Source: Vicugna vicugna
Taxonomy: Eukaryota
Assembly: GCA_013265495.1 (NCBI GenBank)
Contig: MU057560.1
Span: forward strand, 2,480,909 to 2,544,908
DNA: 64,000 nt
Reading direction: 5' to 3'
Of the stretch, positions 22,186 through 35,300 are shown piece by piece (the stretch's first letter is position 1; every line of letters starts with the position of its first letter). The notes beneath the pieces are model-generated. The model had not been told where the DNA came from. It searched no databases and saw nothing but the letters and a program-made list of their open reading frames with translations. The position numbers were made by a program, and so were the translations under genes.

Positions 22186-25119
22186 TTTATATTCAGCACT
22201 TGGTACCAACCCCAGCCTGTGTTTCCTCCGTCAGACTCACTGATGTCCTTGTCCCGGACTCACATCCTCCACCAGCATGTGTTTGAGAATAAGGTCACGG
22301 TCTTTGGCTCCCATGCCCCAGATATGTTCAGGGCCAGGGCAGGCAGCGCCCTGTTGCCGTGGTGTTCAAAGCAAACGATATTCACACATCATGAGTTCAA
22401 TTCAGAAAAATAAACTTGTCTTCTTGCACATAGTAGGCCATGAGAACATTTCCGTCGTAGGAGGAGCAGGTTGGTCACATCCTGTGTTTAACACGTACCT
22501 TGCACGTAACCGACACTTGATCACCTTCCACAAGGTGGTCCTTTGGAATGAGCTTTCCCCATACAGACTGCAAGACAAAATCCACTGCACAGGTGTTCAC
22601 TGAACCAGCGGAGCTGCACGGTTCAGTCCCGAGGGTGCAGACAGACACAGGCGGCAGCAGGAAGACTCAAACAACCAGGCCGCACTTTTCCTGCGATGTT
22701 TTGCCAAGAAATAGAAGAGTAACATGCATTTTTTGGCGTGACCTGGGAGAGGGACACCCACGTGCTCTCTGAGGACCCTGTGGAACAAGCCCAAGCCCTG
22801 GAGCTGAGTGTCCAGTGGGGCCTTCCCCCGCTGCCAGGGCGGGTCTGCTGACCCCTCGGGAGGCCAAGCCCGGGCCCCACGCCCGGTCATGGTCTCCACG
22901 CCTGTGGCTGGTGGGGTTGGGAAGACAGCCCCAGCCTGGACGTGGCAACCTCCTTCTGGTCCAGCTTCTCCCCTGAGCGGACGGCCTGAGCAGGGCAGCC
23001 CACGGGGCGGTGATGGCTCTGAGGCTGGGCCAGGCAGCTCAGTAGAGATATTTTACTCACCAGCTGTCACTGACACTGGACATAGCCCAGCCCTGCCTCC
23101 CAAATCGCTGACCTCGACGGGGCCCTGCTCCGAGTCAGCAGCTCTGGGTGGGGCCTGAGAGTTTGAACTTGGGACAAACTTCCACGGGCTCCCGGGACAG
23201 CCTGACACACGCCGCTCCCCATTTCATGCCCCAGAGATGGCGGCTCACGGGTGCGAGGGACTTGGGACTTCATGGCTCTGACTTCTCCCTCTGCTCAGCC
23301 CCGCCCACCCGCCACTCCACCCAGTGACAGCGTCACCGCTGTCGCCCCGCAGGCACCCTGAGTTAGTCAGAGTGTTGCAGATGACGCACACGGAGCCTCC
23401 TACAGAGAACAGCTGGGGTCGCTCACCTACAAGCTGCAAGTCGGCAGAAAGCCGTGCCCAGGGTTCCCTCCTGACTCATCTCTGCGCGAGGACCAAACAG
23501 CCACTGCCTCCCAGAAGTGCTCTTTGGTGTGAAAGCAGGGACTTCAAGAAAATGCGATTTACAAAAACCTTAGCGTTGAAATAATGACTCTGAACAATAA
23601 AAATAAGTAATTGAATTAAAAAATGAAGCTGTTTCATCATCTTATTGTTGTAAGACCTTATTTTTCCTTCCACTTTGATTGCGATCTAGTGGACAGGCAG
23701 CCCCGCGTAAGTGTGAGGGGTCTGACTTGCGCACGTCCTGGTGACAACCATGAGCTCCGTGAGCACCCATCACATCACACAGACACACAGCAAAGAAACA
23801 GAAAAACATGTTCTTTGTGACGAGAACTCGGAACGTACACTCCAGTCGCCATTCACGCACAACGCGCTGTGACCTCCTTAAAGACCCGTCTCCGAATGCT
23901 GTCCCATCGGGGTCAGGGCTCCTCATGTGCGTTTGGAGGGACACAGTTCAGTCCACAGGAGGAGGATGCTGCCCCAGAGCTTTAGAAAAGGTGTGGTCCT
24001 GCCAGATACTGGACAGAATGGTGAATAAATCAATTTCATTGCTGTAGGTCACTCGGTTTCTTTACATGCATACATGTGCATATACGTACATGCATGTGTG
24101 TCTGTGTACATGCATAACAGTGTGATGCGTACAATGTACGTATATATCATGAACACAAGTGTATGAAGTTGTACGTTTGCACACAGACACATCACGTGAT
24201 GTTCACGTGTAAGAGAGAGGCGGGAGCGGGCCTTACCACTCAGCAGCTGCTCCCTGGGGCCACTGCCTGCCTCCTGCTTGCAGCCAGCAAAGTCAGGGGG
24301 CACAGGCTATGTGGCAGACTTGGGATAAACAAGCGCCCCCTTCCTTCGGCAAGTCTGTCGTCTCGTGGGAAGGGTGGGCACAGGGGCGAACCCCGTGGGA
24401 CAGTGTGAGGCCCGGCTGGTGGGCCGCGGAAGCCACCGGGGGTTGGTGCCCGGCCGGCCGAGGGGGCTGGGGGCACCCTGTGTCCGTCCAGTTGTCCCCA
24501 CATGTAGCCCCTTTTTCCCCAAGTGGATGATTCCTTGGTTAGGGGATGAAGAGGAGGGTAGCTTGGAGCTGACCCGGAAAGTCTGCGGCTGTAAACGCGG
24601 TCGGACCAGAGCGAACGTTTGTGTCGTCAGCACCGGAGCCGGGAAGCTTTCTCTGAAGGCTGTCCCCCCAGAACCAGTGCAGGAGCCTGCAAATGAGAGC
24701 ATTCTGGGGAAGAGGAGGAGTCCGGGGCTCAGAGACCTGTGAGAAGTGTGGTCGACGCTGACGCACGTGGGAGATGTTTGTCCTTAAGGAGTCGGGGCCA
24801 TGGCGGGGGGGGGGGCGTCAGTATCTTGAGTTTCTGGCGGGTGTTCTGGGCGCCTCTGTTAGGACGATAGTGGCCCCAAGGCCTGATTCCATCCAGGCTG
24901 AGATGCACACAGGCTGCCCATCCTCTGTGCCGCCCGGCCCCACGCCGGAGACTCTTGACCACACCGACTCCGTCCCGGGTCTCCAGTCTCGAGGCCCAGA
25001 CAGCAGCTGTCTCAGGCTCTGGGCTCGGGGCCCTGCTGCACCTCCTTCTCTGTTTCCTCCCACTGCCCTCCACACACACCGCAGGCCAGCAGCCCAGGCC
25101 CGGCTCGGGTCCGTGGCGG

Positions 25120-25245
25120 CTGGTGGAGTCTCCCTGGGAAAGCAGCTCGAGATGCCGGACTGGAGGTCTTAGTACCTTTGTCTGCTGAGTCAGAGTTTGC
25201 ATTTTAACAAGATCCTCAGGAGACTCCAGCGCAAGTCAACTGTAT
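25120..25245 (+). mobile_element. MER5A1-like hAT-Charlie fragment
   Basis: ctgctgagtcagagtttgcattttaacaagatcctcagg. Confidence 0.6.
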
Positions 25246-28183
25246 TTCAATTAAAGAACGAATGAATGAATCAGTAGATTGATCGAGTTTGAGAAGCAGG
25301 CAGCTAACCAACGCAAGCCAACCAGGACAGGGGCTGGGCGATTTCCATGTTTCACCCAGAAGCTGACTTTGTGGAGACATTCAGCAGTCCGTGCCCTAAG
25401 CTGCATTACAAAACACTCCAGGCACACAAGCACACAAATCCTGTACCGCAGCCTCGGAGCCGTCCTCAGGGCCCGGGACGTCCCAGCTGGGAAATGTCTC
25501 CCGTGCTGAGAGCCGCGGAGAGCTGGTGGCCCGCTGAGCTTAACTGACCCAGAAATGGCTTTGCGCTTGACATTAATCCGCTTTGGGTGGCAACGGTGCT
25601 CTTTTTCTGGAGGGGAGACAGTGAACCCTCTATGGTGAGGGTTAAGGCTGCAGCTGGTGGCAGAGTTAACAGGGAGGGAGGCGGGGCCCGTGTGGCCCCA
25701 ATACTGTCTTCCTGCAAGGAGGGGAGGGACCACGGAGGCTCCCTGGTGCTGGGAGCCCATGTGGCAGCTCGGAGGACCCTGGACAGGGCTGGGCGCCACC
25801 TGGCCTGGGCCCCCGGCTTGGAGCCAGCTCGGAGCCTGTGGGAGAGGCCGGAAATGGGATGCCCTCGACGCCCCAGAGGACAACTCGGTCTCTAGGACCA
25901 GGCCAGCTCAAGGCCAGGCAGAGAAATCTTCAAAGGAGAGCCCCGGGCCCCTGTGGACCCACTGCGGCCCCTGCCCTGGCCCCTGGCCCCCTTCCCTCCC
26001 ATCCTCGGCCCCAGGAGCAGGTGTCCTCTCCCATCCCCCTCCTGCTTCAAGCCTGCTCTCATCACCGACACCCGGCAGCCCCTGTCCCCCAGTGTCCTGC
26101 CCACATGCCAGTGCCTGAGGTCTCTCCATGGAGGTCTCCAGGCCGGGCGTGTCTCCAGACCCAGCAGGCTGACCCACATGTGACAGAATTTCAGTGTCTG
26201 GTCTGTGCAGTGCACCACTGCATGGCCGTACGTGGAAGCCCAGATGCGGGCTCAAGGACATCCAGAGCAGCACCCAGGCCACAGAGCAGAGGGGACACTG
26301 CAGCCCCCCTGGGCCTTCCAGGGCACCACCTCTGCGGAGGCATAGCGAGCACGTCCCATGTGCCCACTGCGGTTCTGGGCCACTGAGGTGTCCTCGCTCA
26401 TTGGATCCTAGGGGCTGCGGTTGCCCCTTTGCATGGATGGATGCACATGGCACGGAGGGGTCACATAAGACCTCGGGGTGGCAGGAAATATGTCCTGAGC
26501 CCTGAGTCTGGCCCCATCGCCCCCGTCATCCTGACCCACTTCTGACTCGGGCGAGACCTTCACTTGCTCTTTGACGGAACGCCCTGGACACGGTCAACCT
26601 CACGCAGGCCCTCACCCCTGGGCTGGGTCCCGGGTGCCTCCCCCTTCCGGTTGCTGGGGTGGCCGTCCCGGTGCAGGAGGCTGAACGGGCCAGTGGGACC
26701 TTCCTGGGGATGTGTTCCTCCCCAGAGGGGCTGCCTTGGAGACACGGAAGTACCTCTGCTGACAGAGGTGTTGCCTGGCTTTTGTATTCAAACTGCAAGA
26801 AGCAGACGCGTCCACGAGTCTGTGACGCAGAGACAAACCTCGGACCGGGCTCATCAGGTGTGGTAACAGCGCTGTCTGGGAGATTGGGGAGCGGTGTGCC
26901 TGTGTTCCAAGGCGTTGTTACAAGAGGGCCTGAGACTCCAGGCCGAGCGAGGGGAGGACACCTGGGGCTCCCTGCCCCTGAGCTAGCTCACGGCGGGGCC
27001 TGCCCAGCCCCACGGGGCTGAGTCAGGGATGAAGGACATCTGGCTGTGACCGCACAGCCCAGTGGGGACAGGAGGCCCTGCTGGACGTGGTGCTTTAAGA
27101 GAGTGACCCCCGAAGGGCGGCCTCCGGGAGTGGAACCTGCATTTGAGGTGTGGCGCTTCAGTGCCCAGGGGCTCTCCCAAGTTCCGGGTCGTCCTTTGGG
27201 AAAGTGCATGGGGTCGGGTACCCCAGCACTGCCGCCTTTGTCCTGCGGGCTCGGAGCCGCCCTGCCCCCCGAGACAGAGGCTGGTCCAGAGAGGCTGAGG
27301 GGCCAAGGCTTCCCTGGGGCACCACGCGCGGAGGCCCCCATCCCTGTCCCCACCTCCCGGGGGCGGGGGCGGGGGGGATGGTGGGCGCGGGGGCTGGGGC
27401 CTCAGGGCCGTCAGCAGGGAGGTGCAGACAGCGCCTTCCCTCAGGCAGAGGGCGCGGGCTCCCCCCAGCTCTGGGGGGGGGGCTCACGTAGTGCCCTTGG
27501 GGCTGGGCGGGAGGGACGACATGCTGGGGTGGCCTGGCGAGCTTTCTGTCTGCTTCTGGGGAAGGAGCAAAGTCAGGGGCGTGGGACGAACTGAAACAGA
27601 AGTCAGAGCGCGGCTTCCTGCCAGTCAAAGGGTCCTCGATGGGCGACGAATTCACGAGTCGAACTCTCAGTTATGAGCTGAGGCCCACGTGGGTGCCCTG
27701 GAATTTGTGTTTGAAGGAAAAATACACAAAAGAGCCCAGGTTTCTGTCCCGTCTCAGCCAGAGAGTTCAGCTCCACCTGGGGCCGGTGCCAGAGCAGTGA
27801 GGCGGGACCAGCACGTCCCTGAAGGCTGTGTGGTCTGGGAGGCGGGGCAGGGCATGTGGCAGGGCAGTGCGACGTGGGTGGACACACACAGGGTTGGCGC
27901 TGGAGCAGGGGCTGCCCGGGCACAATGGGGCCCCGGGGGGTGATGGAAGTGATGAGGACAGGGTCGCAGGGCCAGGGCCCTGGCTGCGGCGTCCACGTAA
28001 GGAGATGGACCGGAGGGCCAGATCTGCTCAGACGGGTCTGCCGTGGTCCTCCTGTGAGGGCACCTCACTGGGTCAAGGCACGGGTGTCTGGCCCTGCGGC
28101 TGCGAGGAGCCAGCCCAGAGCGGTGCGCCCGTGTAGGTGGCGGTCAGGGACCACTGCTCCGTCCTGCGCACCTGCCTCCCACG

Positions 28184-28217
28184 GGTTCAGTGAGCATAGG
28201 TCAGAGGTCACTGACTT
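28184..28217 (+). promoter_or_regulatory. Composite nuclear-receptor element (DR8 + perfect DR1 + near IR1)
   Basis: GGTTCA-gtgagcat-AGGTCA-g-AGGTCA-c-TGACTT; motif match only. Confidence 0.35.
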
Positions 28218-28269
28218 CACAAGAGCTGTCATTTGGCCAGGTGTCAAATACTCCCCACGTGAGAGTGTA

Positions 28270-28460
28270 ACACTGATCCGTGCGCGACCTGGCCTTCCCC
28301 GTTTCATCCCCGTGAGAACCCCTGAACGCGGCTGCTGCGCCCATTTTACAGCCGGCTTGCTGAGGTCGCTTCTGCCCAGAGAGTGGCCTCCCCCAGGTCA
28401 CTCGGCTCCCCAGGGGCAGAGCTGGGGCGCAAGTGCTCACTCCTCGGACCTCAGATCCCG
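28270..28460 (-). mobile_element. MIR SINE, GC-shifted
   Basis: tttcatccccgtgagaacccctga...cccattttacagccggcttgctgagg...cccaggtcactcggct...ggcagagctgggg. Confidence 0.6.
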
Positions 28461-31400
28461 CCTGCTGAGGACGGCACAGTATTGTCTCTTGTCGCAGAAG
28501 CAGTGCCGGAACCAGACGGCACCGATTCCAGGCCGTCAGCCCTTCTGGGCGCCCTGGGCCCGTTTCCTCAGCAGGCGCAGGGCAGGCGGGCGTCTGAGCT
28601 GGAGGCGGGGCTGAACACGCCGGCTGCAAAGCCTCCGTCTGTTTGGTGCCCGTTTGCTGGTCTTCGGGGCCACATCAAGCACCCTTTGTAAAGGAGAGTG
28701 TTGCCTGGCCCTCACACCAGTTTTCCACTTTTTCTTTGGTAAAAAGAACCCAAACGTTTCAGCAAACACAGCGCCCCTCAGCGGAAAGAGCTGCTTCGTC
28801 CCCGTCTGTGCAGCGAGGCACACCCAGGGGACTCGGTTTGGGCCACTGCGATGCAGGCAGAGGGCTGTGTCTGGCACCGGGAAGTGTCCTCAGAGAGAGA
28901 GAGGCAACCACTTCCTCCTCTCCTCGTCCAGGCTCCTAAAGCAGAGTGAGCTGGGGGGTCGGCTGCAGGCTGCCCTCGGGACCTGAAGCACGTGTCACTG
29001 CAGAGCAGGGACGGGGCCACATCCTTGCCCCCCCCACCTGTCCCCCCAGCCCTGGACCCCTGCTCCTTTTATGGGGAGAAACCTGTGCTTTGTTCAGTCA
29101 TTAGAACATTGACTTTTCTATCAGGAGTCAACGTGTCCCCGACGGCAGTGGGGCCAAGGGTGTGGTCTCAGATGGGGGGCCTGGACCCTGAGCCGTGAGC
29201 ACCAGAGACCCTGAAAGTTGGGAGAGAACCCAGAGGTCAGGGAGCCCTCCACCCCCAAAGCAAACCCCCTTCCCGCCAGGGCCCCGCCAGTGTCGCTGCT
29301 GCGCTGACTCTGAAAGGACTGCGAGCTGTTCTCTGCTGCCAGCTCCCTCCTCCTCCTCGGCCGTGAAGGCTACTCACTGATCAGAGACAACAGCCACCCC
29401 CTCGTCTCAGCCTCTGCGACCATCCTCTCCCTCTCTCCCCGCCCTTGCCCAAGCCCGGGACCTCCCCAAGGGTGGCACCGACCTGCCCCCAAGCCCGAGT
29501 GTTCTAAACGCCTCCCTCCCTGGTGTCTCTCCACACGTCCACGTGGGTGTGAGTCACACCTGAACTCACAGCTCTTTTGGACCAGATCTCAGAACACCTC
29601 TGGCTGAACTGCTGTGTGTTAACAGAAGCGACAGATGAGGGATGCGCCCAGGCGACTGCCCGACAGGAAGGCATCCATTCACCACATGGGAGCGTCAGGC
29701 AGGAGGGCGGGTGCAGGGAGAGGAGGGCGCCTGCTGCTGCTCTCCCAGCGCCCGGAGGCGTGCGTGCCTGGCCCCGTGCTCTGTCTGCACTTAGAGCTGC
29801 TCCTGAAGCAGGAAGTCCCGAAGAGCTGTCGTTAGCCAGGAAGACTGTTCGCCTGCCGGCTGGCTCCCCGCCTGGAGGAGACGAGCCTTTATGGAGGCGT
29901 CCTGCCGCTCAGATGGAAGGCGCTCAGGATGGGCCCCACGAGCCAGTCCCAGGAAGCAAGGACTTCCAACAGTGCGAGCCCCAAGTTTCCACTGACGCTG
30001 ACGTCCGCCAGGTCACGAGGTCTGGGACATGCCCGTGAGGCCTGCGGCGTCCCTGAGCAGAGCTTCGTGCTGCCTCCCTCCTCCCTGGGCCCTCCTTCCA
30101 GGGCGGCCGGGAGAGGGAGAGCCAGGAAGCCTCTGGAGCTGATCAGACTGGCTCCTCACTCAATCTTCATGATCCCGGGCAATTTAATTATTTAAATGTC
30201 ACAGGCTTGACTCTCCTCCACTGTGGATTGCAGTCACACCTGTTTGACAGACGCCTCTAAAAACGGAACGAGGGGAGGACAGTAGGTGCCCGGCACAGTT
30301 CCTAACTGCAGTGTGTGTGTGGGGGGTGAGTTTCAGCAGCCGTGCCGCCCCCACCCTCCCTGGGGACCCTGGGACGCCTTCCCACCCCCTTCTCCTCTGT
30401 GCTCTCCTTCCTCTCACGCCTCCGGCGGCGCTGGGAGATCCCCACCAAAGGAGCCATTAGAAATCCACTGGAAGCTCCAGTGGGTAAACGGAGGACGGTT
30501 TTCTTGAGGCTACTACTAAAGCCCTTAGAAATAAGGCGGGAGCTGATGGGGGGCGGGGGTGGCGATGGAACTGGCTGGAGCAGACGGCAGGAGACGCAGA
30601 GCCGAGTGCGGCAGGAGGGCTGCGCTGGCCTTCCCTTGCTCCAGCCTCGCCGCGCACCCCGCGTGCTCCAGCCACCCCCTCCGCGCCGGACAGCTGCCTG
30701 GCGCGGACCCGCAGGCGGGCAGGCGGGCGGACGGGCAGGCGCCCCCCACCTGCAAGCCAGCAACGCCTCGGCACCCCCGGTGCAGCGCAGCCCTTCCCTC
30801 CGCAGACAGCTCCTGGGGCGGGGGGGGCTTACTCAGGGTGGGCGCTGCGCTGTGACCTGCTGTCAGCTGGAGGACGGAGGTTTCAGAGTCAACAAACACT
30901 CACCGTGCACTCAGGAAGCAGAGCCCCTGAGCCCAGACAGGCCTGGTCCGGGCCCCTCGCTGAGGTGGGAACTGGTGGAGCGTTTCCAGGAGGGCTAGCG
31001 GACTGCGCCCAAGCCAGAGTGGCCTGCTCTGCCGTCAGACCGCCGTCCCCACCCCTGCTCTCGGCATGACCTAGGTGACGTCCCCCGTGGTCTCGCTCTG
31101 GAAACAAGAAGGACACGAGCCCCTGGGCTGCCGTGTGGTTCAGGGTCATTCGGCCCCGAGGGAAGCCTAGGTTCTTCCAGCGCAGGTTTGCAGTGCCACG
31201 ACCTGCCTACGGCCAGCCTTCCATCCCGCTGCCCCGGCTCCGGACCTCCTGAGGGCAGGAGGGGGACGGAGGCCAGAGTTTGTGCGGGGCAGGGTACGCA
31301 TTCCAGACAATGTCCACGACGGGCAAGAGCCTGCAGTGAACCCTCGAGTTTCTGGGACGGGACACATGACACTCAAAACCCTTGTCAGTGGTGTAATTAA

Positions 31401-32099
31401 AAAAATATAACAGGAAACTGAATGAAAATGGCAGTGTAGCCGCACAGCCGGTGAGGGGCTAGGACACACGGAACCTGCGCTGGACGCCGTGGCCTGGCTG
31501 GTGAGAACGGGTCCGTCGGTAGAATGTGTTCTAAGAAGTGGGATTTTGGAGCCGAGGTGTGTATTCAGTGGGAGAATCGGTACGTGTTTGTTCTCCAAGA
31601 CCTGTGCTTCGGTGTAATTCACGTGGACAGCCCGTGTCTACACAGCCCGCCCACAGCGGGTCTCCTCGGGTGCGCTAACCTCTGTGACTGACAGGAGGGA
31701 ACGCGCTCACCCGCCGTGTAGGGTTAGCTGCTCTGGGGTTAGTCTGGTGAACACTTTTGTATTTGCTGACCCGTGCCGCTCCTGTCGACACCTGCGATGC
31801 ACGTTTGCTGGTTGGTTGGTTGGTTTTTCTGTTTGCTGGGCTGCCTCTCGTAGAGAAAGCTGCTCCCACCAGCCTCTCGGTACGACCCTCGTGAACCTGT
31901 GAATCGTCCAAGCCTCACAGCGCAGGTGTCGGTGTGGGACCCAGGCTGGCCCATGCCCCCAGGAGGACCCTTGATTTGCTGTTCCTGGGCCCCTCTCCTT
32001 AGAGCAGCCTCTCCTTAGACCCTCCCAGCCCTTGGTGCGAAGGGCGGTGTTCTCTTCCTTTGTGATCATAAATTGTAGGAAATGGCCTTGGTTTAACTC

Positions 32100-32328
32100 A
32101 TTTTTTCTGCCGTGTGGAGTGGCTGTGGTTGTGGCTGGGAGAACAAGGCCAAGTCGGAAAGACTGTCAGAGCCCAGTGGGGTTTGGGATGGGGAGGAATC
32201 TGTTGAGCTGCCAGGACTCCTGGATCCAGCCGTGCCTGCAGCAGGCCCATTCATCTTTCCAGCTACAGAAGCCGCTACATTTCTTGCTGCTTCAGCCAGT
32301 GGAACTTGGATTTCTATCCATTGCCTGA
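32100..32328 (+). mobile_element. MLT1J-like MaLR LTR 3' fragment
   Basis: ctcctggatccagccgtgcctgcagc...ttccagctacagaagcc...gcttcagccagtggaacttggatttctatccattgc. Confidence 0.65.
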
Positions 32329-35300
32329 TTTCAACTCTTCTTTCATCATTTTTTAAAAGCCAGCTGTTTTCTTACTGATACAATTGCTAAGAAATTACCC
32401 CCTCGTTTCAATCCCTTAATTAAAAACAATAACCCGGGGGCTAGAAAAGTTAAGTTTTTCTGGGTGTCGCTGACAATTATTGTAACATTTGCCAACGGTC
32501 TACCTTACTACATGACAAACTAAATTTGTGTAAGGAGAAAGAAGTCAAAATAGAGTCGGTCTGAGGATCTAGCTGGTAGTACCAGAACCAGTGTATACGG
32601 ATTCCAACAAACTTAACTGGACGTGCAACTGAACTGACTGTCAAATTAGTCTGAGCTGCAAAATCTGCTTGTGTGTGTGAGCTGCCGCGGAGTGTCCGAC
32701 CTCCACTTTCAACCAGGTCAAACCTGGGACCAGTTGGTGGCCACGCCAGCCAAAAAGAGCATATGCAAATGAATCAGTCAGTCAGCTCAGAAGACGGCAG
32801 GTCCCTCCCGGGCTGGATCCGCAGGCAGAGGAGAGAGCCAAGCCTTCCCGCCCGGATGGGCGTGGGCCGCCGGCTCCCCCAGCAGGCCCGCAGCTCCCTT
32901 CTCCGGCAGCTGCAGCCGCCGTGTGGCCGTCTGTGCCCGCGCCAGGCTGGGGCAGGCTGCAAAGCGGCCCCAGCTAAATATGACTCGAAGGACACATCCT
33001 TACAGAGTGACCTGGACTCCCCTTCCACCCAGGCTTCTCCCATATGACCCCGCAGGGGCGTGCACGTGGGCACGCAGAGGCGGCTACACGGTTAGACACA
33101 CACACATGCCCTGTTCCAGGCTCACGGGGCCCCAGGGCGGGAGGAGGGCTCTGTGGCCAGGTGTCCGGGAAGGAGGCACTGTTGTGCCGTGAGGACTGAG
33201 GAGGACACAGGGCTAATGCCCATGAGGATGGCCGACTCCCTTCTCCTGGCCTGGGCGGGCTGGGGCGGGAGCCCCCTTGACCTCACCTGGAAGCTGCCAG
33301 GGAGTGGGTAAGTGTTTCTCTTTTTGGAGCAGATCTCAAGAAACTGCAGCTGGTGTCATTAGCATCCTGGGGCAGAGGCTGGCTCACAGCGCACCATCTC
33401 TGCCAGGGTCCATCTTCGGTGACAGCGTGGCGGGGAAAGCGCACTTGTCAAGATGCTCAGTGGAAGGAAGTTAAGAACCCTCTGCGAGAATAACTGTGAG
33501 GTTTGGGTTGGGGGACGCGGCAGAACGAACACGGGCCGGGTTCTCTTACCCTGAGCTGGGCTCCACCAGCCTGTCCACCAGGAGGGCCTCTCCCTTCGCT
33601 GCCCCCCCTCTTCCATGGTATGCTCTCCCCGGTGAGGGCCCCTCTCTCGTCCCTGCGGGCCGGCCGGGCGCTCCGGGCCGGTTACATCTCACCCGTCCCT
33701 GGCTGTGTCCTTGGCCAGACGTCCCTGAACTTCAGTATTGCAGGGACCAATAAAATTTCATAAAAACACAGTGGGAGGAAGGCTGATGTGGAGTTGACAG
33801 CTTCGAAAACATTTCCATCTCTGACTGTCATTGTTCCCAAAAGGAAGGCGCTGTGCACTCCAGAACTCACGCAGGACAGCATCGCGTCCAAGTAAAGACG
33901 CTTGCTCAAATGACATGTGCTTTGCTTCATGAGGTCTTTGCTCCGTTGTCTAGTATTTTCTCCATTTACCTCGGATCGCGGTGGCCGGTATGCACCCAGC
34001 CCCGCCGCACCTGCGCTGGCTGGCAGGTGGGAGAGGACAGGTGTGGTTCCCGGCCAGGGGGCTGACGGCCGGCAGTTCTCTGCAGGGATCGCGTTTACTG
34101 ACGAGGGATTGGGCCTTGTCCCAAACAAGTGAGTTTTACAGGAGCGCTTTCGGGCAGCGCGGCAGGCCAGTCGGGGGCAACATCTGGGGAGGTCTTCCAG
34201 GGCCCTCTGCACACCAGCTGCACCCCCACCTTGGACAGCAGGGCGGCCCTGGGCTGAGCTCCTACTGCTAGGCCCAGGCCTCGGCTCTGTGTTTCTCCTT
34301 TCCCATCAGTGGAGCGGAGTCCACAGGTGCACCTTGCTTCTCGCGCGGATGGTCCCCTGAGGGCTAGAACTAGACCCTTCAAATTCATCACCTTTCTAAT
34401 GGTTGAGAGACTTTCACTTCTGGCTAAGAGAGGGCAAGTCTAGAGGCGAGCAACCATCCAAACACAGCGCGCTGAAGGGCGCCTTCTCGCCTTAGGACTG
34501 GGAGAGACACAGCGTTTAGACACAGGGGACCCTGGCACCCATCCTGAGCTCGCCTCTGCCCGGCCGTGGTGCACACGTGGAGGTGGCTGCCTGCTCTCAC
34601 TGGCCCTCTGGACACAGGTGGCGGACGCAGTGAGGATGTCCCTCAGGGAATTCAAAGCAGGACAGATGAACCCGGAGGTGGAGGGGGACGGGGAACCTGC
34701 TGGAAAGAGGGTCCTGCCCCACAGATTCCTGGGACTGGAAACACGACCCTTCCATTCTGTGAGTTAGCCCAGAGTTCCCCCCCAAAGTCTTCATTTATTC
34801 GTTCATTCATTTACTCGTTTTCTCCTCAGTTTAGCCAAAGTCGGCTTCTGTGACTTACAACTTCAGGCTCTGCACTGACAAGCGGGTGTGAACTTAGGAG
34901 AGCTGTTTGCCTGACCCTCCACCTCCAAGAAAGTGAGCCTCAGAGCCACGTCTTCCTGCGGGGCTGCGGGGAAGGCCGCGTGATCCCACACGGAAAACCG
35001 CTGGGGGACGGCCATGCTCGCGCTAATGCTATTCCTTCTGCGCGCTGTGCGGAGGTGGCTGGTTTTCTTTTTTAAACTCTGTTACAATATGGTCCCTGAA
35101 GTTTCAAATGAGCATTAAGTAGGAAGTGGGCAAGTCCTGGATCATAGATGCTGGGGAGCCCAGCACTCCATCATCTCCACCTCATCCATGATGACAATGA
35201 CAGTGTTATTATAATAATAGCAATCATGCCACCATGTGTTTGGAATCCACATCACTTGAAGTCCGTCTGTTGCCTGGTTTCGCTACAGAGTGAAAGAAAC

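Noticed and set aside
27856..28614. 252-aa ORF, and similar 200+ aa ORFs at 30342, 42638, 44652 and 55132
   Set aside because: Compositionally biased, with no domains or coding-like exon structure; the 27856 ORF runs through a MIR repeat.
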